The notes: generated from the sequence alone by a model not told the origin. Positions 36,001 to 50,520 are shown, counted from the first letter of the stretch. The stretch: 64,000 nt of DNA from Botryllus schlosseri (GCA_051294905.1 CM119371.1:29390001-29454000); one strand, 5' to 3'. Made by a program: numbers and translations.

Positions 36001-39000
36001 TTACTCGTTATTATTCACGATCATGGATTTTAACGAGCGCAGACCTACCTCGTTAATCTTTTCATCACTGGCAACAATTTTTAATGGTGATTATATATTA
36101 CGCAGTTGCTATTTGTGTTGCAATTGACAAGTCTGAATAAAGATAGGCAACTCATTGGAATTTAAGTATACAGAACTGATTCTATATCTAGCTATCTGAC
36201 GATTGCAAAAACCATTCATTCTTGAGCAGTTGTTTAGCGTTCGTTAGGCCACTTTCTACAAAGATATATATACGTATAGTGGATCGGTAGTTTTCCAGTT
36301 ATGTAACATTCTCCAAAGGTAGACTACCACTTCACTTGGTGTAGAACGACAAACTTCGTGATGACTGTATTTTAATAATTAATTGATTTCCCTCAATATC
36401 TAGTTTGTTTTGTTCGCTGTATGAGAGATGGATGACCGACTGATAGGCTACACGTCCGACTGACCTGTTAATTGTCGCCAAATGGCGTCTTACACAGGGG
36501 TAACGCAGCGGTGACATATATAGGTTGACCGATGAAACTAACGCATGAATTCCTTGAATATTATTCTTTTTAGCAATATTTATAGTGGAAAAGTGAGAGA
36601 ATCTTTTCGCATGTAAAGCCAGGCGCGCCACGGACTAAACTAGAAGGCGCGGATGCAATGTTCCTATAACTTTTCACGAGTCTGCGGGTACTGACCAAAC
36701 AGCAGTGTGCAGCTTAGAGAAACATTGCGGGGGGGGGGGATATAACAGATTGTGGGACACAATACTTCTGAAAAAGTAGTTTCGAACCACCCGAAATAGC
36801 GTACCTATCGAGGCGATATATATGGGCAGGCACATATTCAAAAATGTGTGTCACACGCCAGAACGAACTCTGCAATGTGAGATACTGGGACTATCGGTGT
36901 ATTTTCAAGTGTTGCGGCACTTTTGAGCTCACGCTGCCTGTCGAATAAAAAGGTTCTAAGAAAATCATATCGATGAAAATGCAGTAAAAAAACGCTCCAC
37001 AGTTTTAGGTACTGTCTCATGTTCCCATATATCGTTCCCTAAACAGCCGATTTTGCATAGTGCATTTTTAGGCTGCTATTCCGTGAGTATATAATTTTAT
37101 TTTATCTAATTGAAAAGTCGATATATATATATATATAATTTTACGTTGTACATCATCATAATTACAGGGGTATTGAGCTGTTAACCGGCCAGCCGCCGAA
37201 GGGATTAACTAATTGACATTCTCTGCTCTGAGAGTTATGGATAAGTTATTTCGGGAACATCTGATGATTAGATTCGTCTCTAGTGATCGCTTGTTGGTTG
37301 TCGAAGTTTGTCATATTTGACAGTTCACAATCTCGCAGTGTTCTCCAGAGGGGGGGTCTGCAACGAAATATTTCTACCTGTTCGGATTAGACCTACACAA
37401 GAAGGAAGCTTCTACTTCCGGACGGCCAGCCAGTGGCCCGCGAGAACGCTTCAAGTGGTCCACAAGGTATTTCTCGGAATCAGCTATATTGTCAACAACC
37501 AAAACTATCCAAGAAATTTATTGTGAACTTGCGAGGTTAATCAAACTTTGATTGGACTGACCGCGAATTTTGGGAAGTTGATGATCAAAATATCAGTTCC
37601 GACGAGTTTGCGTAGGAAGTGTCGTCAAACATGTGACTTCGCGTCAGCACTCACAGAGAGATCGTCGGCGATGAAACATTAGCCCAGCATTATACAAAGC
37701 CGACCTGCAATATATGCAAGTAACAATAATATTGATCGAGTTCGTTCGTAAACTATGAAAAAATCCCCGCCTCGCGCGGCTAAGACATCAATGCAAAGTG
37801 AGTTTTCATGACATTAATGTTATCGATTTTGATGCGTAGTAATATAAGTCTTGCCGTTACCTAATCATGTTCTCTACTATTGGACGAATAGAAAAGGTCA
37901 TCAACATTCACTTGGCCCGCGCAATGACTGGTAAATGTCATGTTGCCCCCTTGTCTTTGCTCTATTTAGTCAAGTGACGATATTTGAGGATACAACCTCT
38001 TCACTTCATCCGTTTTCGTAGCCAAATCACTTTTTACTGTCACTTATCGCTGTTATCAGCGAGATTGTTGTACTGTTTAGTGAGTCAGCTCATGTCGTGC
38101 AAACGCGCCAGCCGCGACGAATTTCTATAATTCATGATTAAATCGGTCAATGTGATCGGGAATTGCATAGATATTGCCAATGAATATTTTTATCCTCTCT
38201 CTGCTCGCGCAATCAGATTTACCGGTAGAGCTGCGTGAGGTGTCTTTGAAAATGCAGGGTGGCACCAGCTTTTAAGCCGGATTTTCACTTTGCCACTCCA
38301 TGGTTATCGTTCTAGTGAGCGTAGAAGGTTGGGATTTCTTGCAAAGGGTAGATATGTGTAATCACTCGGGAAAGCAATCATCGTTTCGACCACAAACTCA
38401 TGTGAAGTTCGTTGAAATTGTATCAAATGTTGATGACTTGTCGCGAAATCGTCAGTGTTGAATTGAGTGACATACGCTTCATTGTTACGTAGCAAATACA
38501 CAATAATTCAATAAACTATGTCCCACATTATTCACCCAAGTTTTCACGTAATAACTCACGAACTCTGCTAGCTAATTCTTCGATTGATGGCTTGATAGAA
38601 AGCTGAGATTAATCAGCTGTCACAGCGACAGGTAGCATTTGGCTCTGATACAAGCGTTTACTCAAGTACACGCTGCTGATACCGCCCAGCCTAGCGGAAC
38701 CGCAGACGCGAGAACGAGAGAAAATCACTTTTCCGACAAAATGAAGTTGTTTTGCGGTGTAATCGCCGAAGTAAAACGAGCTATCTCAAATGAGAATGAC
38801 TAGCTGGCGTAGTTGGTTGGTGCTGTATCCCTGCTACCGTAAGATACATTAATTAGCTGATTCGGACACCTCACGCAGCTTTTTGTTGCGTTAAAGTGTT
38901 CGAAGTTTTATTTTCATTTCCCCTGTCACCACCAAAAGGTTAAAAATATTTAAATATATTCGGGTGGACTCCTTGGTATAATGACTCCGTTACATAACTT

Positions 39001-40849
39001 TATTTAGTGGGCAGCTCATGTCAAGAGATTGAAATCGATCAAACGTACTAAACTGAAAGCCGCACACGATTTCAAATTAGTATTTTTTCATTATCAGACA
39101 TTTTTTGTGCGGGATGGAATTAGCCATGTGGGGTTCAAATTGCCAAAGTAGGAACAGACTGCGGCAGTCATTAAGGCGCATATGGACAGCTAAACATGCA
39201 TGTATTGTATATATATCGAAACTTTTTGATCAGGTTACGGGCAGTCCGTTTCAGCCAAGCTTTTTCACACTGCTGATCGTTCTGGCACACTTCTCGAAGC
39301 AACATGTTACATGGCCTAAAACCGCATGTATAGGTGCGTCATGGTGCGGTAATGGCCGAGGCCGAAATGTCCACTTCTATAAACCATGCGTATTTTTCCT
39401 GCGGAAGGGTAACGAATAACGAAGATAGTAGGCAGCATTAAATCAAAAAGCAAAAACGTTTCGCAAAAGTTGCATAAATTTTCAAAAATACCTATAGCCT
39501 ACATATAGCTTACAAAGAGCCTACAGTCACTATTATTTGACGTAATAAGAAGGTAGTAGGAGATTGAGGGAGACGGTGGTCACGTGCTGCATTATAATAT
39601 AAGACCGGAACTGTGTGCGAGTGAGTGAACTAATGATAACGCAGTTCAACTCACAGTGCGTCGATGTTGTGGTTTAGTAATAATTGTGCTGTTTTTCGAC
39701 CGGGATGGTCATTTACGCCGGGGTGATATTCTTTAATTAGAGCCCGTAGCCGCGCAGGCTTGTAGCACGGCCCACTTTTGGACTTATTCAAGACAACATT
39801 TACGGGGATCATATGTCGAGGACGAGCCTTTATAAACTTACAACGCCCAAGTCGACATCGGTCTGACTTGATGCAGCAACCTATCGGTGTTGCAGCTATG
39901 GGACTCCACGCTTTCTCGCTACGCCAAATGCAGACAAAAATCTATACACGTTACACATGACTACAAACGAGGGCGCGCGTATATTTTCCGTTGAACACAA
40001 TGATGTTCTGAATCTGAGCAGCTTGCGTCGCTGCAATTGTTTGCTCATTGTTACACCAAATCGGACTGGATTGCTGCATTCCCGATCAACGGTCATAGAG
40101 CCTTTGGATGAAGGAATTAATTCAAATTCGCAGGCACACATAAAATCACATTGTCCAATTCGGCGCCCCAATCAAAATGCCTGTGCCGAATATCTGGTTC
40201 ATTAATGATTGCGAGCCCGTACAGTGTCGCATACGTGGCCTGCCGCGAACATGACATCAAACAAATTAGCGATTTTTTTAACATCTCAAAATAAGTCAAA
40301 ATTTTGTCAAAATTGTAGCGTTACTTCCAAAAATCGTCAAAATTGTTTACAAAGTCATTTTTCTTGCAACCTGCATTTCGTTTGTACCGTAGATGTTTAT
40401 CACTTGATATTTTACAGCTTGTAGCCTACTTTACAGGCCTACTGTTGTAGACGGCCCATTGTCTGCTCGATGTGAATAATTAACGGTCGAATGAAACTGA
40501 AACTGAGGCAAGACTGCGTGGCCATTGGTTCTTAGATATTAAGAAACTCCTGATGAAAAATTGTGATGTAGCCTATACAACATTGTCATAATGAAGCAAG
40601 ACGGTGTGTCACTAGCAGTGTACGCACAACTTCAGTGTTGAAAGACAACAATTGCTGCTATTGAACGTTCTTTATCCATTCTTGGGAAGATACTTAGTGA
40701 AGACAGAAAAAATGTTGCGAGGTAGCGAAGTCATTGTTGACACGCGAGGATCGTGAAAAACACTAGATTTGTAGAATCTTGATAAAAAAAATGCACTACA
40801 ACACCACGTCAAGTCAAAATACACTGAATCTGGTGTAAAACACCAGGAG

Positions 40850-41010
40850 TGGCACCGCTGAGCGTAGTGGTATAATCCGCGACCATACAACACCAATGGG
40901 TTGTGGGTTCGAGTTCACACGAGTTCGACTCCAGAACTACTACCTAAGTGTTGGAGGTTTATCTAGGCAGTTCCTGGCAATATCAGCCTGGTGTAAATGA
41001 CCATTGTAGT
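40850..41010 (+). mobile_element. tRNA-derived SINE family B
   Basis: GCGTAGTGGTATAA...GGGTTCGAGTTC...CCTGGTGTAAATGACCA. Confidence 0.6.
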
Positions 41011-42730
41011 CGAAAAACATCACGAATACCACCGCCACAATGAAAGACACTTTCGGCCCGAGAATGCAGGAAAGTATCTTTCGTGGTACTAAAACAGATT
41101 TTTATAATTTCTACCGTAAATCGTGATGTACCTACTGGAATTTTTCTTAGGTCCAGATTTCGGCAAAATAAAGTATTTTTGTGTAAAAATTTGTCAGCTT
41201 TATAAGTCAAAGGCCAAACTACTTCGCAAGGACAGAAAGTTCCTACCAGTAATTGAAATAAGTAGGCTAGGGCAAATTCAACAATGTGCGGGAAAACACC
41301 TAATTCACAAACATGAGGTCGATATTTTGTCAAAGTCAAGTTTACAAGGTCAAAAATATCAAGATTTTGATTTCTTATGTGTAAATCTTTTCTGGTCACA
41401 AAAAGAACCCTAGTTATTATTATTAAAATGCCTCGCTCCAAATATATTTGCATCAGACGTAGGCTATACACACTGACTGTTGAATGACTAGTAATTATGC
41501 AGTCCGTTATACAGACAGGTGATTAGACGAAAAGTAAAAGGACCTTCTAATGTTACGCTTATGAAATTAAAATCCAAACTATTCGTGTGCAGATTTTTCT
41601 ACTTCTGTCAAAACCGTAGTCAACGTGTGAAAGCATAAATGTAGATATAAAGCCTACTGTATGTGTATTTGTTTGGAAATATTCTTCCGACGGCATATAC
41701 TCGTGATCACAGTAGACCTTCACGGAGGTTGTCATACGAACCACAACCTTTTAGGAGTTGTCGCCATTCGCAATAAATTTTATTACCTTCGTCACGAATC
41801 CCATTAACTCTCATTGTATAGCAAATAAACTCGCGAAGTGCAAACAAGGAATTCATATCGTAGGTTTTCTTTCGATTTCCTGCGTCAGCAAACGGGACGC
41901 CTTCCCCGTAATTGATCTGGCCGATTTCGTGGACGTGCATAAAATGAAATTGTATGCCTACTCCAGTAAATCAATCAATAAGTAGTTTTCATTCGGTGGT
42001 TGCGTTTTGCGTTTTTATTGTTGTTTCTGATATCCATGGCGTTTCTTGACTACTTATATGCTCATTTACTCCAGGCCGATATTCCTTCTATTTTTTCCAT
42101 ATTTGCCGACTTGTGGCACGGCCCACTTCCCTGGGCTTTTTGTGAGACACCGCCTACACGGATGAGATGATGATGAGAAACCTAGACATACCTATAACTA
42201 CTCATAGGTAGGAATTCTGGAATCGACCTCGGTTCGACTCCAACCCACAACCGATTAGTGTTTTAGATTTGAATTATACCACTATATAATTTATCTTGCC
42301 ACATGCCGTTTTTCGTTATTATTCACGAACATGGATTTTAACGACCGCAGATCTGCCTCGGTAATCTTTTCGTCACTGGCAACAACTTTTAATGATGACT
42401 TTATATTACGCAGTTGCTATTTGTATTGCAATTGACAAGTCTGAATAAAGATAGGCAACTCGTTGGAATTCAAGTAAACAGAACTGATTCTATATCTAGC
42501 TATGTGACGATTGCAAAAGCCATTCATTCTTAAGCAGTTGTTTAGCGTTCGTTAGGCCTCTTTCTACAAATATGTATACGTAGTGGATCGGTAGTTTTCC
42601 AGGTATATTCATGACTTTGATATAGATTTCGTTTCAGTGACTCAAGTTCTTAGTGATTAGGACTCGATGTAACATTCTCAAATATATCACTTCACTTGGC
42701 GTGGAACGACAGACTTCATGGTGATTGTGA

Positions 42731-42903
42731 CAATGTTCCCTCTAATTCATGAAGAGTCTGCGCACACTCACCAACTTACTGCGCAGACCCTTGGACAACT
42801 CTGCTTAACGACTAAAATAAGGTCATCACTTCAGATTTTCTGTGCACAGAGACCTTTTCAGCACTGCGCATTTGCGCACGTGCGCAGCTAAGAGGGAACA
42901 TTT
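42731..42903. mobile_element. Short MITE with CAATGTTCCCTCTAA ends (copy B only)
   Basis: TIR shared with 46571-48083, 36657-36727 and 43189-43260; absent at the matching copy A position near 36370. Confidence 0.7.
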
Positions 42904-43482
42904 GTAATATTTAATTGATTGCCCTCAATATCTAGTCTGTTTTGTTCGCTGTATGAGAGATGGATGTCCGAATGATAGGCTACACGTCCGACTGACCTGC
43001 TGGTTGTCGCCAAAGGGCATCGTACACATGGGTAACGCATCGGTGACATATATAGATTGACCGATGAAACTAACGCAAGAATTCGATGAATAATATTCTT
43101 TTTAGCATTATTTATAGTAGAAAAGAGAGGGACGCTTTTCGCATGAAAAGCCAGGTGCGCCACGGACTAAACTAGAAGGCGCGGAGGCAATGTTCCCATA
43201 ACTTTTCACGAGTCTGCGCGCACTGACCAAACAGCAGTGTGCAGCTTAGAGAAAACATTGCGGGGGGGGGTATAACAGATTATGGGACACAATACTTCTG
43301 AAAAAGTAGTTTCGAACCACCCAAAATAGCGGACCTATCGAGGCAATATATGGGCAGGCACATATTCAAAAATATGTGTCACACGCCAGAACGAACTCTG
43401 CAATGTGAGATACCATTTCTGGGATTATCGGTGTATTTTCAAGTGTCGCGGCGCTTTTGAGCTCACGCTGCCTGTCGAATAA

Positions 43483-44553
43483 CTCTTTCGACGCCGAGCT
43501 AAATTTGACGATTGTCTTCAAAACGCCGCGATTTTCACCAAATAACCCCAATTTCAACCGATCGTAACTTCGTCGCTACTTTAGATACCGAGACGTACCT
43601 ACGTCCGTATTGTAGCCGCAAACGATATCTATCTAACGATGCGTAACGTGCCTTGATTGATGCTGTCGTGTTGCTAGGACAGGCTTCGGTACGAACTGAA
43701 GTTTTGCTGATTTCAGGCGCGCTGCTTCCAAGGTATGGATTTTGTTGGTGTTTCTATGGTACTTATAGATTAGCTGTGACGTTGTAAATTTCACAGAATA
43801 TTATTATTTTATTATATATTGATATTATATTATCCTTAAATCGTTAATTCCTTTTCGATGGCAATGCGGAGGTTTAGAACCTTCGTAAAATACTGCTGCC
43901 GACATCATCTTCGGCCGTCGATGCTTCAAGGTTATCATTGTGACGTCAAATCACCAATAATGGCTCGAAATTTTGACTTCTGCTGGTACCGGTACTCCAG
44001 TTTGTTTTTCAGGCGCAGTAACATACGGACGGAGCCCATTTGTGTACGATTACAAGCATCGATCTGCACAAAAACATCATTATTTGTCACCGTTGAGTCC
44101 TCATCATCTCCCGATGCAATTTTACGTTTGAAAAACTTGAATAAATACGTATATATTGGTGTGAAGTCTGTGTTGTCGCAGTACATGTACTGCCTTGGTG
44201 GCTTCAGTAGATCCGTATATTAATTTAACGCGCGATGTGTCGCTAAAGATTGGTGATAATGATGTAAAATATCTTTAGGTATTGACATCTGTTGAAAATC
44301 ATTACCGTCGTGGAAATATATAACAAATAAAGTTACTTTTCCGTACAGGTAATCGAGCGAAATTGCCTGTCAGTAGCAAGTCTTGAATTTTGAATTCATT
44401 ACCGCACAATGCCCCGACTGGCATGAACGCAAAACGGCATGTCAGATTTTCGAGACAAAAATACGCTCTCTCGATTTAGCGAACATATGGGGATACGCGG
44501 CGTTTTGAAGACAATCGGCAGCGAACATATGGGGATACGCGGCGTCGAAAGAG
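43483..44553. mobile_element. piggyBac-like non-autonomous element
   Basis: 14-bp TIR CTCTTTCGACGCCG; 4-bp TSD ATAA; duplicated subterminal GCGAACATATGGGGATACGCGGCGT; single ATAA at the empty site 36945-36948. Confidence 0.8.
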
Positions 44554-44911
44554 ATAAAAAGGTTCTAAGAAAATCATATCGATGAAAATGCAGTAAAAAA
44601 TGCTCCACAGTTTCAGGTACTGTGTAATGTTCGCATGTATCGTTCTACAAACAGCCGATTTTGCATAAGTGCATTTTTAGGCTGCTATTCCGTCAGTATA
44701 TAATTTTTCGTTGTACATCATCATAATTACAGCGGTATTGAGCTGTTAACCCGGCCAGCCGCCGAAGGGATTAACTAATTGACATTCTCTGCTCTGAGAG
44801 TTATGGATAAGTTATTTCGGGAACATCTGATGATTAGATTCGTCTCTAGTGATCGCTTGTTGGTTGTCGAAGTTTGTCATATTTGACAGTTCACAATCTC
44901 GCAGTATTCTC

Positions 44912-45632
44912 CAGAGGCGGTCAGCAACGAAATATTTCTACCTGTTCGGATTAGACCTACACGAGAAGGAAGGGTCTACTTCCGGGGCGGCCAGCCAGTG
45001 GCCCACGAAAACGTTTAGAGTGGTCTACGAGGTATTTCTCGGAATCAGCTATATTATCAACAACCAAAACTATCCAAGATACTCATTGTGAACTTGCGAG
45101 GTTAACCAAACTTTGATTGGACTGACCGCGAATTTTGGGATGTTGATGATCAAAATATCAGTTCCGACGAATTTGCGTATAGGAAGTGTCAACAAACATG
45201 TGACTTCGCGTCAGCACTCACAGAGAGATCGTCGGCGATGAAACATTAGCACAAAATGATAAACGCCTGTTCGCTGAAATCTTCGATATTGATATGTCTA
45301 AGCGCGGAATATATCTGTCCTTGCCACATTAGCCCAGCATTTTACAAAGGCGGCCTGCAATATTTGCAAGTAACATTAATATTGATCGAGTTCGTTAGTA
45401 AACTATGAAAAAATCCGCGCCTCGCGCGGCTAAGACATCAATGCAAAGTGAGTTTTCATGACAATAAATGTTATCGATTTTGATGCGTAGTAATATAAGT
45501 CTTGTTTTCGCCGTTACCTAATCCGGTTCTCTCTTACTGGACTAATAAAAAAGGTCATCAACATTCACTTGGCCCGCGCAATGGCTCGTAAATCTAACGT
45601 TGCCCGCGAGCCGAAAAGGTTGACCACCCCTT
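44912..45632. mobile_element. Charlie-type MITE (paralog about 37345-37953; related to 61239-61903)
   Basis: CAGAGGCGGTCAGCAAC...GGTTGACCACCCC ends; shared internal ATATCAGTTCCGACG segment. Confidence 0.55.
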
Positions 45633-46570
45633 GTCTACTCGCACTATTTAGTCAAGTGACGATATTTAAGGATACGATCCCTTCACTTCATCCGTTTTTG
45701 TGGCCAAATACATTTTTACTGTCACTTATCAGTGAGATTGTTGTCATGTTTACTGAGTCAGCTCATGTTGTGCAAACGTGCCAGACGCGACAAATTTCTA
45801 TAATTCATGATTAAATCGGTCAATATGATCAGGAATTGCATAGATATTGCTAATAAATATTTTCATCCTCTCTCTGCTCGCGCAAACAGATTTGCCGGTA
45901 GAGCTGCGTGAGGTGTCTTGGAAAATGCAGGGCCCCTAAAAATATTTAAACATATTCGGGCGGACTTCTCGGTATAATGACTTCGTTACATAACTTTATT
46001 TCGTGACCAGCTCTTGTCTGCTATGTCAAGAGATATTAGAATCGCTCAAACCTACTAAACTGAAAGACGCACACGATTTCAAATAAGTATTTTTTCATTA
46101 TCAAACATTTTTTCTGCGAGATGGCATTTGCCAGGTGGGGTTCAAATTGTCAAGATAGGAACATTGCGCGGCAGTCATTAGGGCGCCTATGGATAACTAA
46201 ACATACATGTATTGTATATACATCGAAGTTTTTTGATCCTGATACGTGTCGTCCTTCTCGGCCAAGTTTTTCTCTCGGCTGATCGTTCTTGCATACTTCT
46301 CGGAGTCGCGTGTTACATGGCCTAAAACACCATGTCGTGGTGCGTCATGGTGCGGTAATGGCCGACGCCGAAATGTCCATTTCTATATACCATGCGTATT
46401 TTTCCAGTGGAAGGGTAACCAATATTGAAGATAGGAGGCAACATTAAATCGCGCGCAGCGTTAAAACATTTCGCAAAAGTTGCATAAATTTTCAAAAATA
46501 CCTCCAGCCTACATATAGCCTACAAAGAGCCTACAGTCCCTTTTATTTGACGCAATAAGCAGGTAGTGGG

Positions 46571-48083
46571 CAATGTTCCCTCTAATTTTTCAAGAGTCTG
46601 CGCAAACACGACAACTCACTGCGCAGGCCCTCGAACAACAGTGCGCAACCACCCTCCAATAGAGTGATAAAACTATCTAAGGGGGGGGGGGCTTCGCCCC
46701 CCAGACCCCCGTACAGCCTCTAGGCTTCTACGGTAATTATCATGTACATTGGGTGCCCATTTACTAGTAGCGTCACTGAACGCGCGAAGCGCGAAAAAAT
46801 TTCTATAATTCATGATTGCATCGGCCAATATGATCGGGAATTGCATATATATTGCTATCAATTTTTATCCTCTCCCTGCTCACATTATCAGATTTACCGG
46901 TAGAGCTGATCCAGTGAGGTGTGTTGGAATAGATAGGCCCTCTAAATAATAATAAAACATCTTCGGGCGTACCTGTTGATATAATGACTTCGTTACATGA
47001 TGCTATTTCGTGACCCCCTATCGGCTATGTCAAAATATATTGAAATCGCCAAAACGTACTGAAGTAAAAGACGTACACGATTTCAAATTGGTATTTCTCA
47101 ACTGGAAAATAATGTTCCCTCGATATGGCATTTGTCTTGTTGTGGGACTCGGATCGCCAGGACAGGAAGATTCGGCGCCAGCCATTTAGGCGTTGGACAT
47201 TGACAATACACATGTATTTGTAAATATCGAAGTTTTCGGTCAGCACCGGGGCAGTCTTTTTCGCCCAAGGTTTTCTCGCTGCTGATCGTTCTGACGCACT
47301 TCCTGGATTCGCATGTTACATAGCCTTTAACTTCACATGTCTTGGCGCGTCATTGTGCGGTAATGGCCGAGGCCCAACTTCCCATTTCTATAAATCATGC
47401 CTAATTTTTGTTGGGAAAGGGTACCCAATAATCAGATATCTTACAATAATAAAACGCGCGTGGCGCGTAAAATAATTCCTGAAAAATGTCAAAAAATACA
47501 CCATGATTTATGTTAATTCTCGAAATAATTTTGGACCCCCTTCGAGCTCGGCCCCTCCAATTTGGGGGTTTGGGGTGCGAAAGTTGCGGTCCTGAGTAAA
47601 TCTTACGCAATGTTCATGCCAAGCGGAGAAGACTATCATTCGTTAGTTTCTCGCATATTAACTTCGAGCTAGCCCATTGTTATTTATAACTTTGTTAAAC
47701 CATGTTATTGCGCCATTCCCAGAAAATAATGCGCTATAGTAATGATATCAGTATCGCTCACGAGGCCATACTAAAAAAATATCTTCCTTAAGGCGTAGGT
47801 GATTGTTAACTCTCATTTCTTCACGGAGCGCAATAGTTACCTTTGCGGGGCTCACTTGTACCTCGGTTTCAGACTTTCGGTGATAACACTATTTGGCCCT
47901 GGCAATGTTCCATTTTAATTTTCACGAATATGCGTGGCTGCGTGGTCCATTGGACAACAGTGCGCAGCAACTATAAAAAAAACATCATTTCTGTTTTTTT
48001 TTTGCGCAGCGTAGATTTTCTGTGTGCAGAGACCGTTTCAGCATTGCGCATTTGCGCACGTGCGCAGCTTAGAGGGAACATTG
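46571..48083. mobile_element. Enlarged hAT-type MITE containing a copy of neighbouring repeat sequence
   Basis: 15-bp TIR CAATGTTCCCTCTAA; perfect TSD GTAGTGGG; interior 46800-47420 is similar to 45795-46430. Confidence 0.85.
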
Positions 48084-50520
48084 GTAGTGGGAGATTGCGG
48101 CAGACTGTGGCTACGGGCCGCATTATCATGTAAGACCGGAACAGTGTGCGAGCCGCTCAAAATTGCGTCGCGGGCCGGATACGGATCATGGGCCGCGTGC
48201 TGTCCACCCCCGATGTAGTGTGTTTCGTTCTTGATGTTGAGTGATTGTGGACCAAGCCCACAGCAAACATCCTTTAGTATTCGCAAACGGCAAGCTGGAT
48301 ATTTTGAGCGAACTTTTGTAACGAAGCAAGTAAAATTATTAAAATTGACTAGGTGAATTTTCGTTTAGTGTTGAATACCTCCGTGCTGCCAGCGCCATGC
48401 AGGGAGTGGTTTTAAGATGAAATGCAAAATATTTCGGCCAAAATGTTATAATTACGGGAAAAGTTGTATTATATGAAAAAGGATGACGGTGCAAAACCTA
48501 CCAAGGTTCGTTTGTGAGCGCGAATCTCAAAATTTCAGAGGTTCGCACACAGACCGTGATCGTGAACTTCACGTTCACGGAATCACAAGTTAATAGATCA
48601 ACGAATGCTATTTCGCAACAAATAAAATGAAAAATAAAATCGAAAGCGTAGAGTCCAATTGCAAATTTGGTGGGTCATCAATTTTTTTTGTTAGCGTCTA
48701 TCGGTGGGAATGACTGCATGTAGGAATATTACACATTCTTGATATACCTTTTCGTTACTTTACAGAGGTTGAATTTCAATAATTGTTTTCGATACAATCT
48801 GGTCCGGATATTGTCGCTGATTTCGACAGCGTAAAATTTGATCTAAAGCGTCTCATCAAATAGAAGAAATGGCCAAAGTTCAAGCAATCGAGGTGAAGTA
48901 TTTTGTTAATTTTTAGCAGTTCGCATCGAAAAATGATTGCTGGATTTTTGTCATATTTGTGATTCTTTTCAAATACGCATTATTTCTCCCTGAACCATGA
49001 TTCTAACCTTAGAAGTGCTTATTAGATATAGGCTAATCCGTGATGTTTCTTCACGTCCACAATACTTCTCATCATAAGCCATTGAAAGGATAAATATATT
49101 ATGAAGATATATTAGTACCTCTGACGTTTTACGACAACCTTGATCCTTGACATTCAAAAGAGGGGATTCGCCTTAGGAAATCATTGAGTAGGATAATAAA
49201 ATATATCACTTGAAAATTTCGACGTGGATAAATAATTTCAGCTATGGAAATTCATGGCATTGCCTCGGGATCACCGAACTTTCTGTTTGCTCAGTATGTG
49301 ATAAAACGATTCGTACTCGGAGATGAAGGGAATTATTTGAAGGTTTCAAGAGCTGAAACCATTCAATGTAAATGCGTTAGTCACGCAGATGGTTTCCACA
49401 ATGATTATGTCAATACCTTGCATAGAAAACGTATATATATACAGATACAGCGTTGTGGGTAAAACCTGATCACAATGTATTGCTCTGCTAAAAATGATGA
49501 GATCACGATGTCTAAATCCAAGCCTATATTTTCGGATCCATATGTAGCTAATTGTATATATGTAGCATACAAACAAAATAAACACCATGGTACCAGATGT
49601 GGTCGTGGTAATCGCCGTTGCTATTCATGTAGAAGTATTTCTTTGAAATGCATGTCAAATTACTTTAAGTAGAAGTAAAAGTGAGAATGGCACACCCGGA
49701 GATGCATCATCAATTATAACTTGCCCTAAAGTCTCGAGAAATCTCCCTCAATCAATTTTACCGGTAAATCTGATCACGTGGGCTGAGAGAGGATTAATAT
49801 TAGATAGTAATATGTGAAAGTATAGGCTTTTGGGAGTACAGAACTTCAATATTGCAGCAAACAATACGACAAAAATTCCTTCTTCATTTCGAACTTGGTT
49901 AACATCATTTATTGGCGTTCACTCAAGAAGCGAGCCAGTCGAAAAGCTTCGAGTGGAATCAATTTGGCAACACGAACTTATTGTTTGATGCATTACTTAT
50001 ATTAATGACGGAATTCATTCGTGAATCTCAGACAATCTCCGTGCTTTTGCGCGATCATAACCATTTCCCGGTAACTATTCATAAAATGAACACTATAGCC
50101 ATTTCGATGAGTACAGAAAGACGATATGAAAACACAGAGTCAGGAGTTCCTCGGAAGTGGACATGAATTGTTCAACATAGGTAGGCCTATTTGACGTTAA
50201 GTTATTTCAAATAATAGCTGTACCCTGGAATGCGACCGTAGGCTACATAAGTAATGGAAATGTGGTATTGAATAGCAACAAGGTTGGCACCCATGGACTA
50301 TATCGCCGATTATACATTAGTTACCGCGATACAGGGCTATTTCGAGCAGTTTTTATATTCAGTTTTACAAATCCAACTTGCGAAAAGCCGGTAGTTGTGT
50401 CTAACATGTTGAACTGTAAAGTACAATTTAAAAACATGGAAGTAAAACAATGGAACTGATGGTGGACGATATGGATTAAATATCTTCAATTCGTGTCTTT
50501 AATTCATAATATTCGTATTC

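Larger units (their letters stand above)
25155..39627 (+). repeat. Tandem segmental duplication, copy A
   Basis: Colinear with 39628-about 48150 once copy-specific insertions are removed; both start AACTAATGATAACGCAGTTC and end ...AAGACCGGAAC(T/A)GTGTGCGAG. Confidence 0.85.
39628..48151 (+). repeat. Tandem segmental duplication, copy B
   Basis: See copy A; duplicated ORF translations (25303/39778, 29996/39957, 36332/42888) confirm it. Confidence 0.85.

Noticed and set aside
40850..40930. tRNA gene
   Set aside because: A/B boxes present but no consistent cloverleaf; continues into a repeated SINE body.
20138..48211. A single giant hAT element enclosing the duplication
   Set aside because: The two candidate ends are not matching TIRs and the flanks (ATCGGCAA versus ATGTAGTG) are not a TSD.
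48400..50180. Exon-like segments upstream of the PLAC8-family gene
   Set aside because: Splice-like signals present but frames contain stops and no family was recognised; may be UTR exons or a decayed gene.
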